Source: Pseudodonghicola sp. (GTDB taxonomy: Bacteria > Pseudomonadota > Alphaproteobacteria > Rhodobacterales > Rhodobacteraceae). Taken from it: a stretch of 64,000 nucleotides of DNA. Made by a program: the position numbers and the translations under genes. Of the stretch, positions 46,252 through 55,431 are shown piece by piece (positions within the stretch are counted from its first letter, which is position 1; every line of letters starts with the position of its first letter). Under the pieces are notes generated by a model. That model searched no databases, was not told the origin of the DNA, and saw nothing but the letters and a program-made list of their open reading frames with translations. The stretch is taken from positions 160,046 through 224,045 of the forward strand of contig NZ_JBLWVT010000001.1 in NCBI RefSeq assembly GCF_048268305.1, read 5' to 3'.

Positions 46252-47261
46252 GCCGGCTGCACGTGCTGCGCGCGGGCCCCGCCTGTACCGTGCAGGACAT
46301 GGGCCGGCCCGGATATCTTGATCGCGGCCTGTCGCGCGGCGGCGCGGCCGATCGTCTGGCGCTGGCCGAGGGGGCGGCGCTGCTGGGCCAGTCCGCCGAT
46401 CTGGCGACGCTGGAGCTTGCCGGTCTGGGCGGGGAGTTCCGCGCCGAGGGCGACCTGAGGATTGCGCTGACCGGCGCACCGATGGCGGCCGAGATCGACG
46501 GCAGCCCGCTGGCCTGGAACGCCAGCCATCTGTTGCGCGACGGGGAGGTCCTGACCCTCGGCGCGGTGCGGCGCGGCAGCTATGGCTATCTGCATCTGGG
46601 GGGCGGCATCGACACGCCGGTGGTCCTTGGGGCCCGGGCCACCCATCTCGCCGCCGGTCTGGGGCGGGCGCTGGCGGCGGGGGATGTGCTGCCGGTGGGG
46701 GGCGATCCGGGCCGGCGCAGCGGTCTGCGGCTCGAGGTCGAGGATCGCTTCGGGGGCGGCACCATCCGGCTGATCGCCGGCTTTCAGACCCCGCTTTTCG
46801 CCGCCGCGACGATCGCCCGTTTCGAGGCGATCACCTTTGTCCGCAGCCCGCGCGCCAGCCGCATGGGCATGGCGCTCGACAGCGAGGGAGAGGGCTTTGT
46901 CGCCGAGGGGCAGCGCAGCATCCTCTCCGAGGTGATCCTGCCCGGCGATGTCCAGATGACCGGCGATGGCCGGCCCTTCGTGCTGCTGCCGGAATGCCAG
47001 ACCACCGGCGGCTACCCGCGGATCGGCACGGTGATCCCCTGCGACTTGCCGAAGGTGGCCCAGACCCCGCCCGGCGCGCCGCTGCGCTTTGTCTTCGTCA
47101 GCCGCGAGGAGGCGCTGGCGGCCGAGATGCGCCAGGCGGCGCATCTGGCGGCCCTGCCCGGGACAGTGGCGCCGCTGGTCCGCGATCCGCGCGACATTCC
47201 CGATCTGCTCGGCTATCAACTGATCGGCGGGGTGATCTCCGCCCTGGGAGAGGAAGACTGA
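46248..47261 (+). CDS. pxpC: 5-oxoprolinase subunit C (allophanate hydrolase subunit 2/KipA family)
   Basis: 337 aa. VLRAGPACTVQDMGRPGY...GLSRGGAAD is the characteristic N-terminus. ATGA overlap with pxpB. Confidence 0.88.
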   Translation: MSRLHVLRAGPACTVQDMGRPGYLDRGLSRGGAADRLALAEGAALLGQSADLATLELAGLGGEFRAEGDLRIALTGAPMAAEIDGSPLAWNASHLLRDGEVLTLGAVRRGSYGYLHLGGGIDTPVVLGARATHLAAGLGRALAAGDVLPVGGDPGRRSGLRLEVEDRFGGGTIRLIAGFQTPLFAAATIARFEAITFVRSPRASRMGMALDSEGEGFVAEGQRSILSEVILPGDVQMTGDGRPFVLLPECQTTGGYPRIGTVIPCDLPKVAQTPPGAPLRFVFVSREEALAAEMRQAAHLAALPGTVAPLVRDPRDIPDLLGYQLIGGVISALGEED

Positions 47262-47262
47262 G

Positions 47263-48033
47263 ATGGACCGATCCGTCGATCTGAACGCCGACATGGGCGA
47301 AAGTTTCGGTGCCTGGAGCCTGGGCGACGATGCGGCGCTGCTGCGGGTGGTCAGCTCTGCCAATATCGCCTGCGGCTTTCACGCCGGCGATCCGGATGTG
47401 ATGGCGCGGACCATGGCGCAGGCGGCGGCCAATGGGGTGGGCATCGGCGCGCATCCGGGCTTTGCCGATCTGCAGGGCTTCGGCCGCCACCGGATGCAGC
47501 TGCCGCATGACAGCCTCGCCAATGCGGTGCGCTATCAGCTCGGCGCCGCGCAGGCGATGGCGCGCGCCGCCGGCGCTGAGGTGCGCCATCTCAAGCTGCA
47601 CGGCGCGCTGGCCAATATGGCCTCGGAGGACGAGACGCTGGCGCGCGCCTGCTACGGTGCCGCCCTCTCGGTCGATCCCGAGATCATCCTTTTGGTGCTG
47701 GCCTGCACCGCGCAGGAACGCGCCGCCCGCGCGCTTGGCGCCCGCTGGGCGGGGGAGATCTTCGCCGACCGCGCCTATAACGACGATGGCACGCTGGTTG
47801 ACCGCCGCCTGCCCGGCGCGGTGATCCACGATCCGGCGTTCGCCGGGCCGCGCATCCGGCAGATGGTGGAAGAGGGGGCGATCATCACCGAAAGCGGCCT
47901 GCGCCTGCCGGCGGCGATCGACAGCATTTGCCTGCATGGCGATACCGCCGCCGCCGTCGACCTGGCCCGCGCCGTGCGGGCCGAACTGCAGGCCGCGGGC
48001 ATCGCCATCCGCGCCTTCGAGGGGCGGCGCTGA
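47263..48033 (+). CDS. pxpA: 5-oxoprolinase subunit A (LamB/YcsF family)
   Basis: 256 aa. VDLNADMGESFG...ANIACGFHAGDP...HPGFADLQGFGRR are LamB/YcsF hallmarks. Confidence 0.92.
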   Translation: MDRSVDLNADMGESFGAWSLGDDAALLRVVSSANIACGFHAGDPDVMARTMAQAAANGVGIGAHPGFADLQGFGRHRMQLPHDSLANAVRYQLGAAQAMARAAGAEVRHLKLHGALANMASEDETLARACYGAALSVDPEIILLVLACTAQERAARALGARWAGEIFADRAYNDDGTLVDRRLPGAVIHDPAFAGPRIRQMVEEGAIITESGLRLPAAIDSICLHGDTAAAVDLARAVRAELQAAGIAIRAFEGRR

Positions 48034-48051
48034 CGGGGGATCCTGTCCTGG

Positions 48052-48124
48052 CCCTTTTTCTAGCTGAAAATATCCTCGGGGGGATGAGCAGGCCTTGCCT
48101 GCGAAGGGGGGCAGACAGCCCCCC
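48052..48124 (-). repeat. Dispersed intergenic repeat, copy E (inverted orientation)
   Basis: CCCTTTTTCTAGCTGAAAATATCCTCGGGGGG is the reverse complement of the GGATATTT..AGCTAGAAAAAGGG module. GGGGGGCAGACAGCCCCCC is the GC hairpin. It lies between convergent stops at 48033 and 48145. Confidence 0.8.
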
Positions 48125-48144
48125 TTGTCGCCGCCAGGGGCGGT

Positions 48145-48390
48145 CTAGTCCTGCGAGGGGGGCGCCTTCGGGTCGGGCACCGGATCATAGCCAGAGCTGC
48201 CCAAGGGATGGCAGCGGCCGATCCGTCGCAATGCCAGCCAGCTTCCCTTGATCGCCCCATGCTTCTCCAGCGCTTCCAGCGCATAGGCGCTGCAGGTCGG
48301 TTGATAGCGGCAATTATGTCCGACCCAGGGGCTGAAGATCAGCCGATAGGCGCGAACGGGCAGGGCGGCGATATGGGCGAGCGGCGTCAT
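48145..48390 (-). CDS. yidD: Membrane protein insertion efficiency factor YidD
   Basis: 81 aa. [31 protein letters not shown]...RCHPL is the YidD signature. ATGA overlap with rnpA. Confidence 0.92.
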   Translation of the reverse strand: MTPLAHIAALPVRAYRLIFSPWVGHNCRYQPTCSAYALEALEKHGAIKGSWLALRRIGRCHPLGSSGYDPVPDPKAPPSQD

Positions 48391-48827
48391 GCGCGGGGCT
48401 TGGAGCGATCTGCGTGAAGCTTCTTCATCGCATATTTCAGATCATTCCGCAGCGCGTCATAGGGCCGCGCGATGGTATCCTCGCGCCGGCCGATCAGCAC
48501 ATAGTCCCAGCCGGCAAGACCGAGTGTCGGCATCAGTTCGCGCGCCACCGCGCGCAGCCGCCGCTTGGCGCGATTGCGCGCCACGGCGTTGCCGATTTTC
48601 TTAGAACAGGTGAACCCCACCCGGATGCCTTCTGCCGGATGGCCTTCGGGACGGCGGCGCGCCTGCACCAGAACGCCCTGCGTCGCCTGCCGGCGGGCGC
48701 GGGCGGCGGCGAGGAAATCGGCGCGCTTCTTCAGCGTCTGCAGCCGGGATGATCCAGCGTCAGGACATGACGAAACCGCCGGGGGCGTGATCCCCGCGCT
48801 GACGTCGGGGGCCTCCGGCGGTGTCAT
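48387..48827 (-). CDS. rnpA: Ribonuclease P protein component
   Basis: 146 aa. [17 protein letters not shown]...[22 protein letters not shown] is the RNR motif region. It carries an N-terminal extension of about 30 aa relative to typical RnpA, so the start is uncertain. Confidence 0.85.
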   Translation of the reverse strand: MTPPEAPDVSAGITPPAVSSCPDAGSSRLQTLKKRADFLAAARARRQATQGVLVQARRRPEGHPAEGIRVGFTCSKKIGNAVARNRAKRRLRAVARELMPTLGLAGWDYVLIGRREDTIARPYDALRNDLKYAMKKLHADRSKPRA

Positions 48828-48851
48828 GCGTCCTTGCCTAAGCCTTGGGGC

Positions 48852-48986
48852 TTATGCGCAGAGCGACTTGCGGCCGCGGGCGCGACGCGCATTCAGGACC
48901 TTGCGGCCGGCCTTGGTGGCCATGCGGGCGCGGAAACCGTGGCGGCGCTTGCGAACCAGGTTCGAAGGTTGATAGGTGCGTTTCAT
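48852..48986 (-). CDS. rpmH: 50S ribosomal protein L34
   Basis: Too short for the ORF track. My translation from the ATG at 48986 is [44 protein letters not shown], the canonical L34 sequence. GGAGA RBS upstream. Confidence 0.95.
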   Translation of the reverse strand: MKRTYQPSNLVRKRRHGFRARMATKAGRKVLNARRARGRKSLCA

Positions 48987-49274
48987 CGCTCCGTCTCCAA
49001 TCTAGCGGTCGGGTACGGCGCGGAATCGCCTCCCGTCTGTTATTCGAGGCCCGTCCTTTACGGCGGGATTCTCTCCAAGTCAAACCCTGAGCGGCGGGAT
49101 TCGGATGAAAACCGCGGGGAAACTGCAACAATTCTTCCGTCCCGGCCCGGCCGAGGGCGGCAAATCCCGGGGTCGGGGGCGGAACCGGGGGCTTTTCGTC
49201 ACGAATGGCGTCATCGTCTTCACCCTGGCGTGAGGGGGCTGTCGTTTTCGGCGCAACCTGCGCATCTTGTCGGG

Positions 49275-50021
49275 ATGAGCCTTTCGAATGATCCCTTCCC
49301 CCTGCGCCGCAAGCCCCGTGCGGCCCTGCGCCTGATCCCGCTGGCGGCGCTGCTGGCGGCGGCTGTCTTCGGCATGTCGACACTGGGCGAGACGCTGAGC
49401 TTCGAGACCCTGCGCGACAATCGCGCCGATCTGCTGGCCTTCCGCGATGCCCATCTGGGGCTGATGGCCCTGGGGTTCGTCGCGCTCTATGTGCTGGTGG
49501 TCGCCTTGTCGCTGCCCGGTGCGGCGGTGCTGTCGGTGACCGGTGGGTTCCTGTTCGGCTTCCTGCCCGGGGTGGGGCTGAACGTTCTGGCCGCCACGCT
49601 CGGCGCCTCTGCCATCTTCCTGATCGCCCGCTGGGGCGCGGGCGCGGCGCTGGCGGCGCGGATGGCGGTGTCCGAGGGGCGGCTCGCCCGGCTGCGGGCA
49701 GCGCTGAGGGATCACGAGATCAATGTTCTGCTGCTGTTGCGGCTGGTGCCGGCGATGCCCTTCTTCCTGGCCAATCTGTTGCCGGCGCTGGCGGGGGTGC
49801 GATTCGGTCGGTTCGTCTGGACGACGGCGGTGGGCATTATTCCCGGTGCGCTGGTCTTCACCTGGATCGGCGTCGGGCTTGGGGCGGTCTTCGCCCGTGG
49901 CGAGAGCGCCGATCTGTCGCTGATCTGGCAGCCCTATGTCTTGGGGCCGATCCTGGCGCTTTGCGCGCTGGCGGCGCTGCCGATCGCGCTGAAAGCCCTG
50001 CGCCGCCGGGTGCCGGGCTGA
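49275..50021 (+). CDS. TVP38/TMEM64 (DedA/SNARE-associated) family membrane protein
   Basis: ATG at 49275, in frame with track ORF 48834..50021. 248 aa, multi-pass. The ...GGFLFG...LLLRLVPAMPFFLANLLPAL... motif is typical of this family. Confidence 0.8.
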   Translation: MSLSNDPFPLRRKPRAALRLIPLAALLAAAVFGMSTLGETLSFETLRDNRADLLAFRDAHLGLMALGFVALYVLVVALSLPGAAVLSVTGGFLFGFLPGVGLNVLAATLGASAIFLIARWGAGAALAARMAVSEGRLARLRAALRDHEINVLLLLRLVPAMPFFLANLLPALAGVRFGRFVWTTAVGIIPGALVFTWIGVGLGAVFARGESADLSLIWQPYVLGPILALCALAALPIALKALRRRVPG

Positions 50022-50023
50022 GG

Positions 50024-51394
50024 ATGGCGGCGGTCCTGACCCCTGATCTTCTGGTGATCGGCGCCGGTGCCGGCGGGCTGTCGGTCGCGGCCGGGGCGGC
50101 GCAGATGGGCGCGCGGGTGGTGCTGCTGGAAGGCGGCCGGATGGGCGGCGATTGCCTGAACCACGGCTGCGTGCCCTCAAAGGCGCTGCTGGCGGCGGCG
50201 CGGCAGGCTCTGCCCTATGCCGGGGCGATGGATCAGGTCGCCCGGGCCATCGCCGCCATCGCGCCACATGACAGTCAGGAGCGGTTCGAGGGGCTGGGGG
50301 TGCGGGTGATCCGCGCCTTCGGTCGTTTCACCTCGACGCGGGAGGTCGAGGCCGGCGGCCAGGTGATCCGGGCCCGGCGGGTGGTGATCGCCACCGGCTC
50401 CACCCCGCTGGTGCCGCCGATTTCGGGGCTGGCGCATATGCCCTATCTGACCAGCGACACGCTCTTCGATCTGCGCGACTGCCCGGCGCATTTGCTGATC
50501 GCCGGCGCTGGTCCCGTGGGGGTCGAGATGGCGCAGGCCCACGTTCGCCTTGGCGCCCGGGTGACGTTGATCGAGGCGGGTCGCGCGCTGGGGCGCGAGG
50601 ATCCGGAGCTGGCCGCCCCGGTGCTGGACCGCCTGCGCGCCGAGGGGGTGGAGATCATCGAGAACGCGGCCCTGGCCCGGGTTGACGGGGCCGAGGGCGC
50701 GATTCGGCTGTGGCTTGATGGCGGGCGGCAGATCGAGGGCAGTCATCTGCTGCTGGCGCTGGGGCGGCGAGCCGATCTGGCGCGGTTGAACCTCGAAGCC
50801 GCCGGGATCGCGGTGACCGGGGCGGGCATCCGTACCGATGCGCGGCTCAGAACGACGAACCGGCGGGTTTTCGCTGTCGGCGACGCGGCGGGGCAGGGGC
50901 AGTTCACCCATCTTGCCGGCTATCACGCCGGGATCGTGCTGCGATCGGCGCTGTTCGCCCTGCCGGCGCGGGCGCGGACCGATCATATCCCCCGCGTCAC
51001 CTATAGCGATCCCGAATTGGCCCAGATCGGGCTGACCGAGACCGAGGCGCGTGCCCGTTTCGGCCCCCGTCTGAAGGTCTTTCGCGCCGATTACGCCGGC
51101 AACGACCGTGCCGTGACCGAGGCGCGGACCGAAGGCTTCGCCAAGCTGATGGTGGTCGGCGGCCGGCCCGTGGGTGTGTCGATCGTCGGCGAGGCCGCGG
51201 GCGAATTGATCGGCCCCTGGGCGCTGGTGATGGCCAATCGTCTGAAGTTAACCGCGATTGCGGGCACTGTCCTGCCCTATCCGACGTTGGGTGAACTTAA
51301 CAAACGGCTGGCGGGGGCCTATTTCTCGGAGAGGCTGTTTGATAGTCAGGCGGTCAAACGAATGGTCCGGGTGGTGCAACGCGTCCTGCCCTGA
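50024..51394 (+). CDS. Pyridine nucleotide-disulfide oxidoreductase (dihydrolipoyl dehydrogenase/mercuric-reductase-like, class I)
   Basis: ATG at 50024. DLLVIGAGAGG, the redox-active disulfide GGDCLNHGCVPSK, a second NAD fold LIAGAGPVGVEMA, and a C-terminal dimerisation domain. It starts 2 nt after the TVP38 stop. Confidence 0.88.
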   Translation: MAAVLTPDLLVIGAGAGGLSVAAGAAQMGARVVLLEGGRMGGDCLNHGCVPSKALLAAARQALPYAGAMDQVARAIAAIAPHDSQERFEGLGVRVIRAFGRFTSTREVEAGGQVIRARRVVIATGSTPLVPPISGLAHMPYLTSDTLFDLRDCPAHLLIAGAGPVGVEMAQAHVRLGARVTLIEAGRALGREDPELAAPVLDRLRAEGVEIIENAALARVDGAEGAIRLWLDGGRQIEGSHLLLALGRRADLARLNLEAAGIAVTGAGIRTDARLRTTNRRVFAVGDAAGQGQFTHLAGYHAGIVLRSALFALPARARTDHIPRVTYSDPELAQIGLTETEARARFGPRLKVFRADYAGNDRAVTEARTEGFAKLMVVGGRPVGVSIVGEAAGELIGPWALVMANRLKLTAIAGTVLPYPTLGELNKRLAGAYFSERLFDSQAVKRMVRVVQRVLP

Positions 51395-51408
51395 TCGGGA
51401 TAGGGCAT

Positions 51409-52809
51409 ATGCTGAATACGCTTTCGGGGCGATTTCTGATCCTGACCACGGTCTTCGTGATGCTGGCCGAGGTGTTGATCTTTGTCCCGTCGATCGCGCG
51501 CTACAGGATCGACTATCTGCACGACCGGTTGGAGCGGGCGCAGATCGCCTCGATGGCGCTGCTGGCCGATGACATGCTGGACAGCGACCTTGAAAAGGAG
51601 CTGTTGCGCAACGCGCAGGTGTTCAACGTGGTCCTGCGCCGGGACGAGATGCGCCAGCTCATGCTGTCCTCACCGATCCCCGAGCCGATCTCGAATACCT
51701 ATGATCTGCGCGACGCCGGCGCGGCCATCCTGATCCGCGATGCGGTCAAGCGGCTGTTCACCCCGGAGAATCAGATCGTCCGGGTGATCGGGGCGCCGAC
51801 CCAGGATGCGGGGCTGCTGATCGAGGTCACGATGGAGACCGCGCCGCTGCGCACGGCGATGATCGACTATGGGCTGCGAATCCTGCTGCTGTCGGCGGTG
51901 ATCTCGATCGTCACGGCGCTGTTGTTGTTCGTCGCGGTGCGGGTGTTCCTGGTGCGGCCGATCAAGGGCGTGGTCGGCTATATGAAACGCTATGCCGCCG
52001 CGCCGGAAGATGCGCGCGGGATCATCCAGCCCTCGGCCGGGGTGTTCGAGCTGCGCGAGGCCGAAGAGGCGCTGCAACAGTTGCAGACCGAACTGACCCA
52101 GCTTCTGAAACAGCGCGAGCGCATGGCGCAGCTTGGTGGCGCGGTCGCCAAGGTCAGCCACGATCTGCGCAACATCCTGACCAGCGCGCAACTGATCACC
52201 GACCGAATCGAGGCCAGCGAGGATCCGAGCGTTCGCCGGCTGGCGCCGAAGCTGGTGAACTCGATCTCGCGGGCGGTGTCGCTGTGCGAAAGCACGCTGG
52301 CCTTCGGCCGGGCGGAGGAGCCGCCGCCGGCGCTGAGGATGGTACCGCTGGCGACCATCGCCGAGGATGTGATCGACAGCGAACGCCTGGCCCTGAGCGG
52401 CGAGGGGGTGACGCTGGAGAATCACGTGCCCGAGGGGCTGGAACTCAGGGCCGATCCCGAACAGCTGTTCCGGGTGATGATGAATCTGGTGCGCAATGCC
52501 CGCCAGGCGCTGGAGACCAGTCATCGCACTGGCAGCGTCGTCATCACCGCGCGCGAGGATCACGACAATTGGTGGATCGAGGTCGCGGATACCGGCCCCG
52601 GCCTGCCCGCCAAGGCGCGGGAGAATCTGTTCACCCCGTTTCGCGGCGGCGCGCGCGCTGGCGGATCGGGGCTGGGGCTGGCGATTTCCTCTGAGCTGGT
52701 GCGCGGCCACGGCGGTTCGCTGGAGCTGGCCGAAAGCGGGCCGGACGGCACCGTTTTCGTCATTCGCCTGCCGCGGTCGATGACCGCGCTCGAGGTCACG
52801 GCGGCCTGA
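51409..52809 (+). CDS. Sensor histidine kinase (two TM segments, HisKA + HATPase_c)
   Basis: 466 aa. H-box AKVSHDLRNIL, N-box MMNLVRNARQA, G-boxes DTGPGLP and GSGLGLAIS. No response-regulator gene lies adjacent. Confidence 0.9.
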   Translation: MLNTLSGRFLILTTVFVMLAEVLIFVPSIARYRIDYLHDRLERAQIASMALLADDMLDSDLEKELLRNAQVFNVVLRRDEMRQLMLSSPIPEPISNTYDLRDAGAAILIRDAVKRLFTPENQIVRVIGAPTQDAGLLIEVTMETAPLRTAMIDYGLRILLLSAVISIVTALLLFVAVRVFLVRPIKGVVGYMKRYAAAPEDARGIIQPSAGVFELREAEEALQQLQTELTQLLKQRERMAQLGGAVAKVSHDLRNILTSAQLITDRIEASEDPSVRRLAPKLVNSISRAVSLCESTLAFGRAEEPPPALRMVPLATIAEDVIDSERLALSGEGVTLENHVPEGLELRADPEQLFRVMMNLVRNARQALETSHRTGSVVITAREDHDNWWIEVADTGPGLPAKARENLFTPFRGGARAGGSGLGLAISSELVRGHGGSLELAESGPDGTVFVIRLPRSMTALEVTAA

Positions 52810-52876
52810 TCCCCGGGGCCGCCGGAGCTATTTTCATTTTCTGTGACGGCTTCGTGAAAAAACCTCAGAATGGGTG

Positions 52877-52905
52877 TTGCAAACCCCCGTTGGGGAAGAT
52901 ACATG
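52877..52905 (+). promoter_or_regulatory. Possible sigma70-type promoter for tRNA-Arg (TTGCAA-N17-TACATG)
   Basis: Pattern match only. The -10-like element ends about 12 nt before the mature tRNA 5' end. Confidence 0.25.
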
Positions 52906-52917
52906 CTCCCCCACAGT

Positions 52918-52994
52918 GGACCGATAGCTCAGCTGGATAGAGTACTTGACTACGAATCAAGGGGTCGGGGGTTCGAATCCTCCTCGGTCCGCCA
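52918..52994 (+). tRNA. tRNA-Arg (anticodon ACG)
   Basis: Hand-folded cloverleaf. Acceptor GGACCGA/TCGGTCC, D-arm GCTC-AGCTGGATA-GAGT, anticodon arm CTTGA-CTACGAA-TCAAG, variable loop GGGTC, T-arm GGGGG-TTCGAAT-CCTCC, discriminator G, encoded CCA. 77 nt. Confidence 0.93.
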
Positions 52995-53179
52995 CTGCCA
53001 CCAAACGACGTTAATCATATACGTCATTTCTGGTTTCCCCAATATCTATCCAGCTGCCGAAGAACTTCATTCCGAAGATGGAACGCGGGCCCGTGCGGCT
53101 TTGCCGTGCATCGGAGCGCTTGCGCTATTCCGGTCCCGGCCTTGATCTCACTACAGTTTACGCAGGGTGCCCTGCCGGG

Positions 53180-53983
53180 TTAGCCCGCCTGTTCGGCCTC
53201 GAAGACAAGCTCGACACCGAACAGGGGCCAGCAGCCGCGGCTCAGTTCGATGATCCGGCCGGAGAGATCGGTATTGGTCGAGCGGGCGCGCAGAATCGGC
53301 ACCGCCGGGCTCAGTTGCAGCAGGTCCGCCTCGGTGGCGCTGGCCATGTCGCCGATGATCCGGGTCTCCGTCCTGCGGTAATTCTCCACCCCGCCAGCCG
53401 CATAGGCGCCGAGGATGCTGCCGGTCTCGGCATAGTCGGATTCGAAATCGGGAAAGACGGAGATCGGGAATTCCTTGATCGTGAAATAGATCGGCATATT
53501 GCCCAGCAGCATGCGCAGGCGCAGTTCGATCACCTCGTCGCCGGGGCATAGACCGAAGGTTTCGGCCGCTTCGGCACTGGCGGGGATGCGGCCGATCGAC
53601 AGGGTTTCCTCGACGATGCTTTCGCTGTTGATCGGGTCGTTGAAGGCGCGGTTCTGATGCACGATGTAGCGCACCGACAGCGAGCGGACGAAGATGCCCA
53701 CCCCCTTGCGCGCGACCAGGTGGCCTTCCTGCTGATGCCGTCGCAGGGCCCGGCGCAGGGTGGCGCGGCTGACGCCGAACAGCACCGCCATATCGTCTTC
53801 GCCCGGCAGGCGGGTGCCCTCTGGCAGCAGCCCGGTGGTCACCGCCGCCCCGATGCGGTCATAGATCTGCAGCCAGATCGGACGTTCGGCCCGATCCGCA
53901 TAGGGGGTCGAGGCAAGTTCCCGCAGTGTCTCCAAGGCGATCAAGGGCAATCTCCCGTTGCGCGGATCCCGTCGTCGGCACAT
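53180..53983 (-). CDS. GntR-family (HutC/UTRA subfamily) transcriptional regulator
   Basis: HTH LPGEDDMAVLFGVSRATLRRALRRHQQEGHLVARKGVGIFV, followed by a UTRA-like effector domain. The ATG at 53983 is chosen; a later TTG start is possible. Confidence 0.8.
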   Translation of the reverse strand: MCRRRDPRNGRLPLIALETLRELASTPYADRAERPIWLQIYDRIGAAVTTGLLPEGTRLPGEDDMAVLFGVSRATLRRALRRHQQEGHLVARKGVGIFVRSLSVRYIVHQNRAFNDPINSESIVEETLSIGRIPASAEAAETFGLCPGDEVIELRLRMLLGNMPIYFTIKEFPISVFPDFESDYAETGSILGAYAAGGVENYRRTETRIIGDMASATEADLLQLSPAVPILRARSTNTDLSGRIIELSRGCWPLFGVELVFEAEQAG

Positions 53984-54173
53984 AGCCCCGCGCGCTGTGG
54001 CGGGACAAGCCTCGGTCTCGCTTTGGCCCGCCCGCCCGGGCTGCACGTTACAAAACTGGCGTGGGCCTGTCACACCCGCGTCAAGTCCCGGTCTTAGGAG
54101 AGGGGCGCGCCTGCTGTCTAGACAGGATGCCCCCATCGCCCTCAGGTTCTCACCAGAACGGATACCCGATCAG

Positions 54174-55418
54174 ATGAAAAGCTCCCGCTACTCCCGTCGT
54201 GATTTCGGGCGGATCGCTGCCGCGCTCGGCACCGCCGCCATCCTGCCCAACCGGCTGCTTGCCGGCGACGACGCGCTTGTGACCATTTCCAGCCCCTGGG
54301 GCGAGGACAAGCCGTTCCAGAAGGTCGTCGACGCCTACAACGCCCGCAAGACCGGGGTCACCGTGGTCAACCGCTTCGATGGCGATTACCAGGCGATGGC
54401 GACCAAGGCGCTGTCGTCGATCGCCGCCGGCCGCGCGCCCGAGCTGATGGTGACCGGCTGGAAGTTCGGCTATTTCGCCCGCCGCACGCTCGGCGCCCGC
54501 GACTTCCGCGAGATCGACGCGGCCAAGGCGGAGGCGCTGATGGCGCAGTTCCGCCCGTCGCTGGCGCCGCTGGTCACCATTGACGACGCGCTGATCGGCA
54601 TGCCCTGGTCGCTGTCGACCCCGGTCACCTGGATCAACATGGATCTGTGGCGCGCCGCCGGGCTTGACCCTGAATTTCCGATCGACATCAGCCATGGCTG
54701 GCTGATGGAGCAGGCGGGCAGGCTGGACAAGGCGCTGGCCGGCAAGCATCCGACCTATCGCTCGGCCATCGACCTGTCGAACAACGAATGGACCTCGCAG
54801 GCCTATATCCAGAATGCCGGCGGCTTCATCCTGCAAGGCGACCAGATCGCCTGTGACAGCCCGGAGGCGATCCGCGGCATCACCGCCTTCGCCGAACCGG
54901 CTCGCAAGGGGCTGTGGACCAACATGGATTACCGCGCCCAGACCAATGCGCTGCTGGGCGGCAATATTGCGGTGGTCACCACCTCGTCCTCGTTGGCCGG
55001 GGTCGCCAGCAAGGCGGATGCCGAGATTCGCGACGTGATGTTCCCCAGCCTCGACGGGCATCGCAACATGAACTCGGGCGGAAACTTCCTGGCGATCTAT
55101 GCCCGCAACGACGAACAGGCGCTGGCCGCGATGGATTTCCTGGCCTTCTGCGCCAGTGCCGAGGGCATGTCGATTTGGTCGGAGATGGGGTATCTGAACC
55201 CTTCGATCCACGATCTGGGGCCGAAGCCGCTGCAAGAGGCCGCCAATGCGCAGCTTGAGGCCGGTCTCACCGCCGAGACGATCTGGCCGGGCCAGCGTGG
55301 GCTGGAGGGCCAGAAGGTCTGGCGCGACTGGGTGGCCCGGGTGGTGCAGGGCGCGGCCGAGCCGGCCCAGGCCATGGCCCAGGCCAAGGCCGAACTGGCG
55401 CCGCTGCTTGCCGCCTGA
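54174..55418 (+). CDS. Carbohydrate-type ABC transporter substrate-binding protein (family 1)
   Basis: ATG at 54174. TAT-like signal SRRDFGRIAAALGTAAIL, and an SBP_bac_1-like body. Confidence 0.85.
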   Translation: MKSSRYSRRDFGRIAAALGTAAILPNRLLAGDDALVTISSPWGEDKPFQKVVDAYNARKTGVTVVNRFDGDYQAMATKALSSIAAGRAPELMVTGWKFGYFARRTLGARDFREIDAAKAEALMAQFRPSLAPLVTIDDALIGMPWSLSTPVTWINMDLWRAAGLDPEFPIDISHGWLMEQAGRLDKALAGKHPTYRSAIDLSNNEWTSQAYIQNAGGFILQGDQIACDSPEAIRGITAFAEPARKGLWTNMDYRAQTNALLGGNIAVVTTSSSLAGVASKADAEIRDVMFPSLDGHRNMNSGGNFLAIYARNDEQALAAMDFLAFCASAEGMSIWSEMGYLNPSIHDLGPKPLQEAANAQLEAGLTAETIWPGQRGLEGQKVWRDWVARVVQGAAEPAQAMAQAKAELAPLLAA

Positions 55419-55431
55419 GGCCCGCGCGCGC

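Noticed and set aside
50024-51394. Mercuric reductase (merA) and hence a mer operon
   Set aside because: It has the class-I CxxxxC disulfide, but no N-terminal heavy-metal-binding domain and no C-terminal Cys-Cys pair. No merR, merT or merP genes are nearby. It is better described as a generic dihydrolipoyl-dehydrogenase-like oxidoreductase paired with a TVP38/DedA-like protein.
52870-53145. 91-aa plus-strand ORF
   Set aside because: It reads straight through the tRNA-Arg gene and the AT-rich spacer. It has no RBS and is an artefact.
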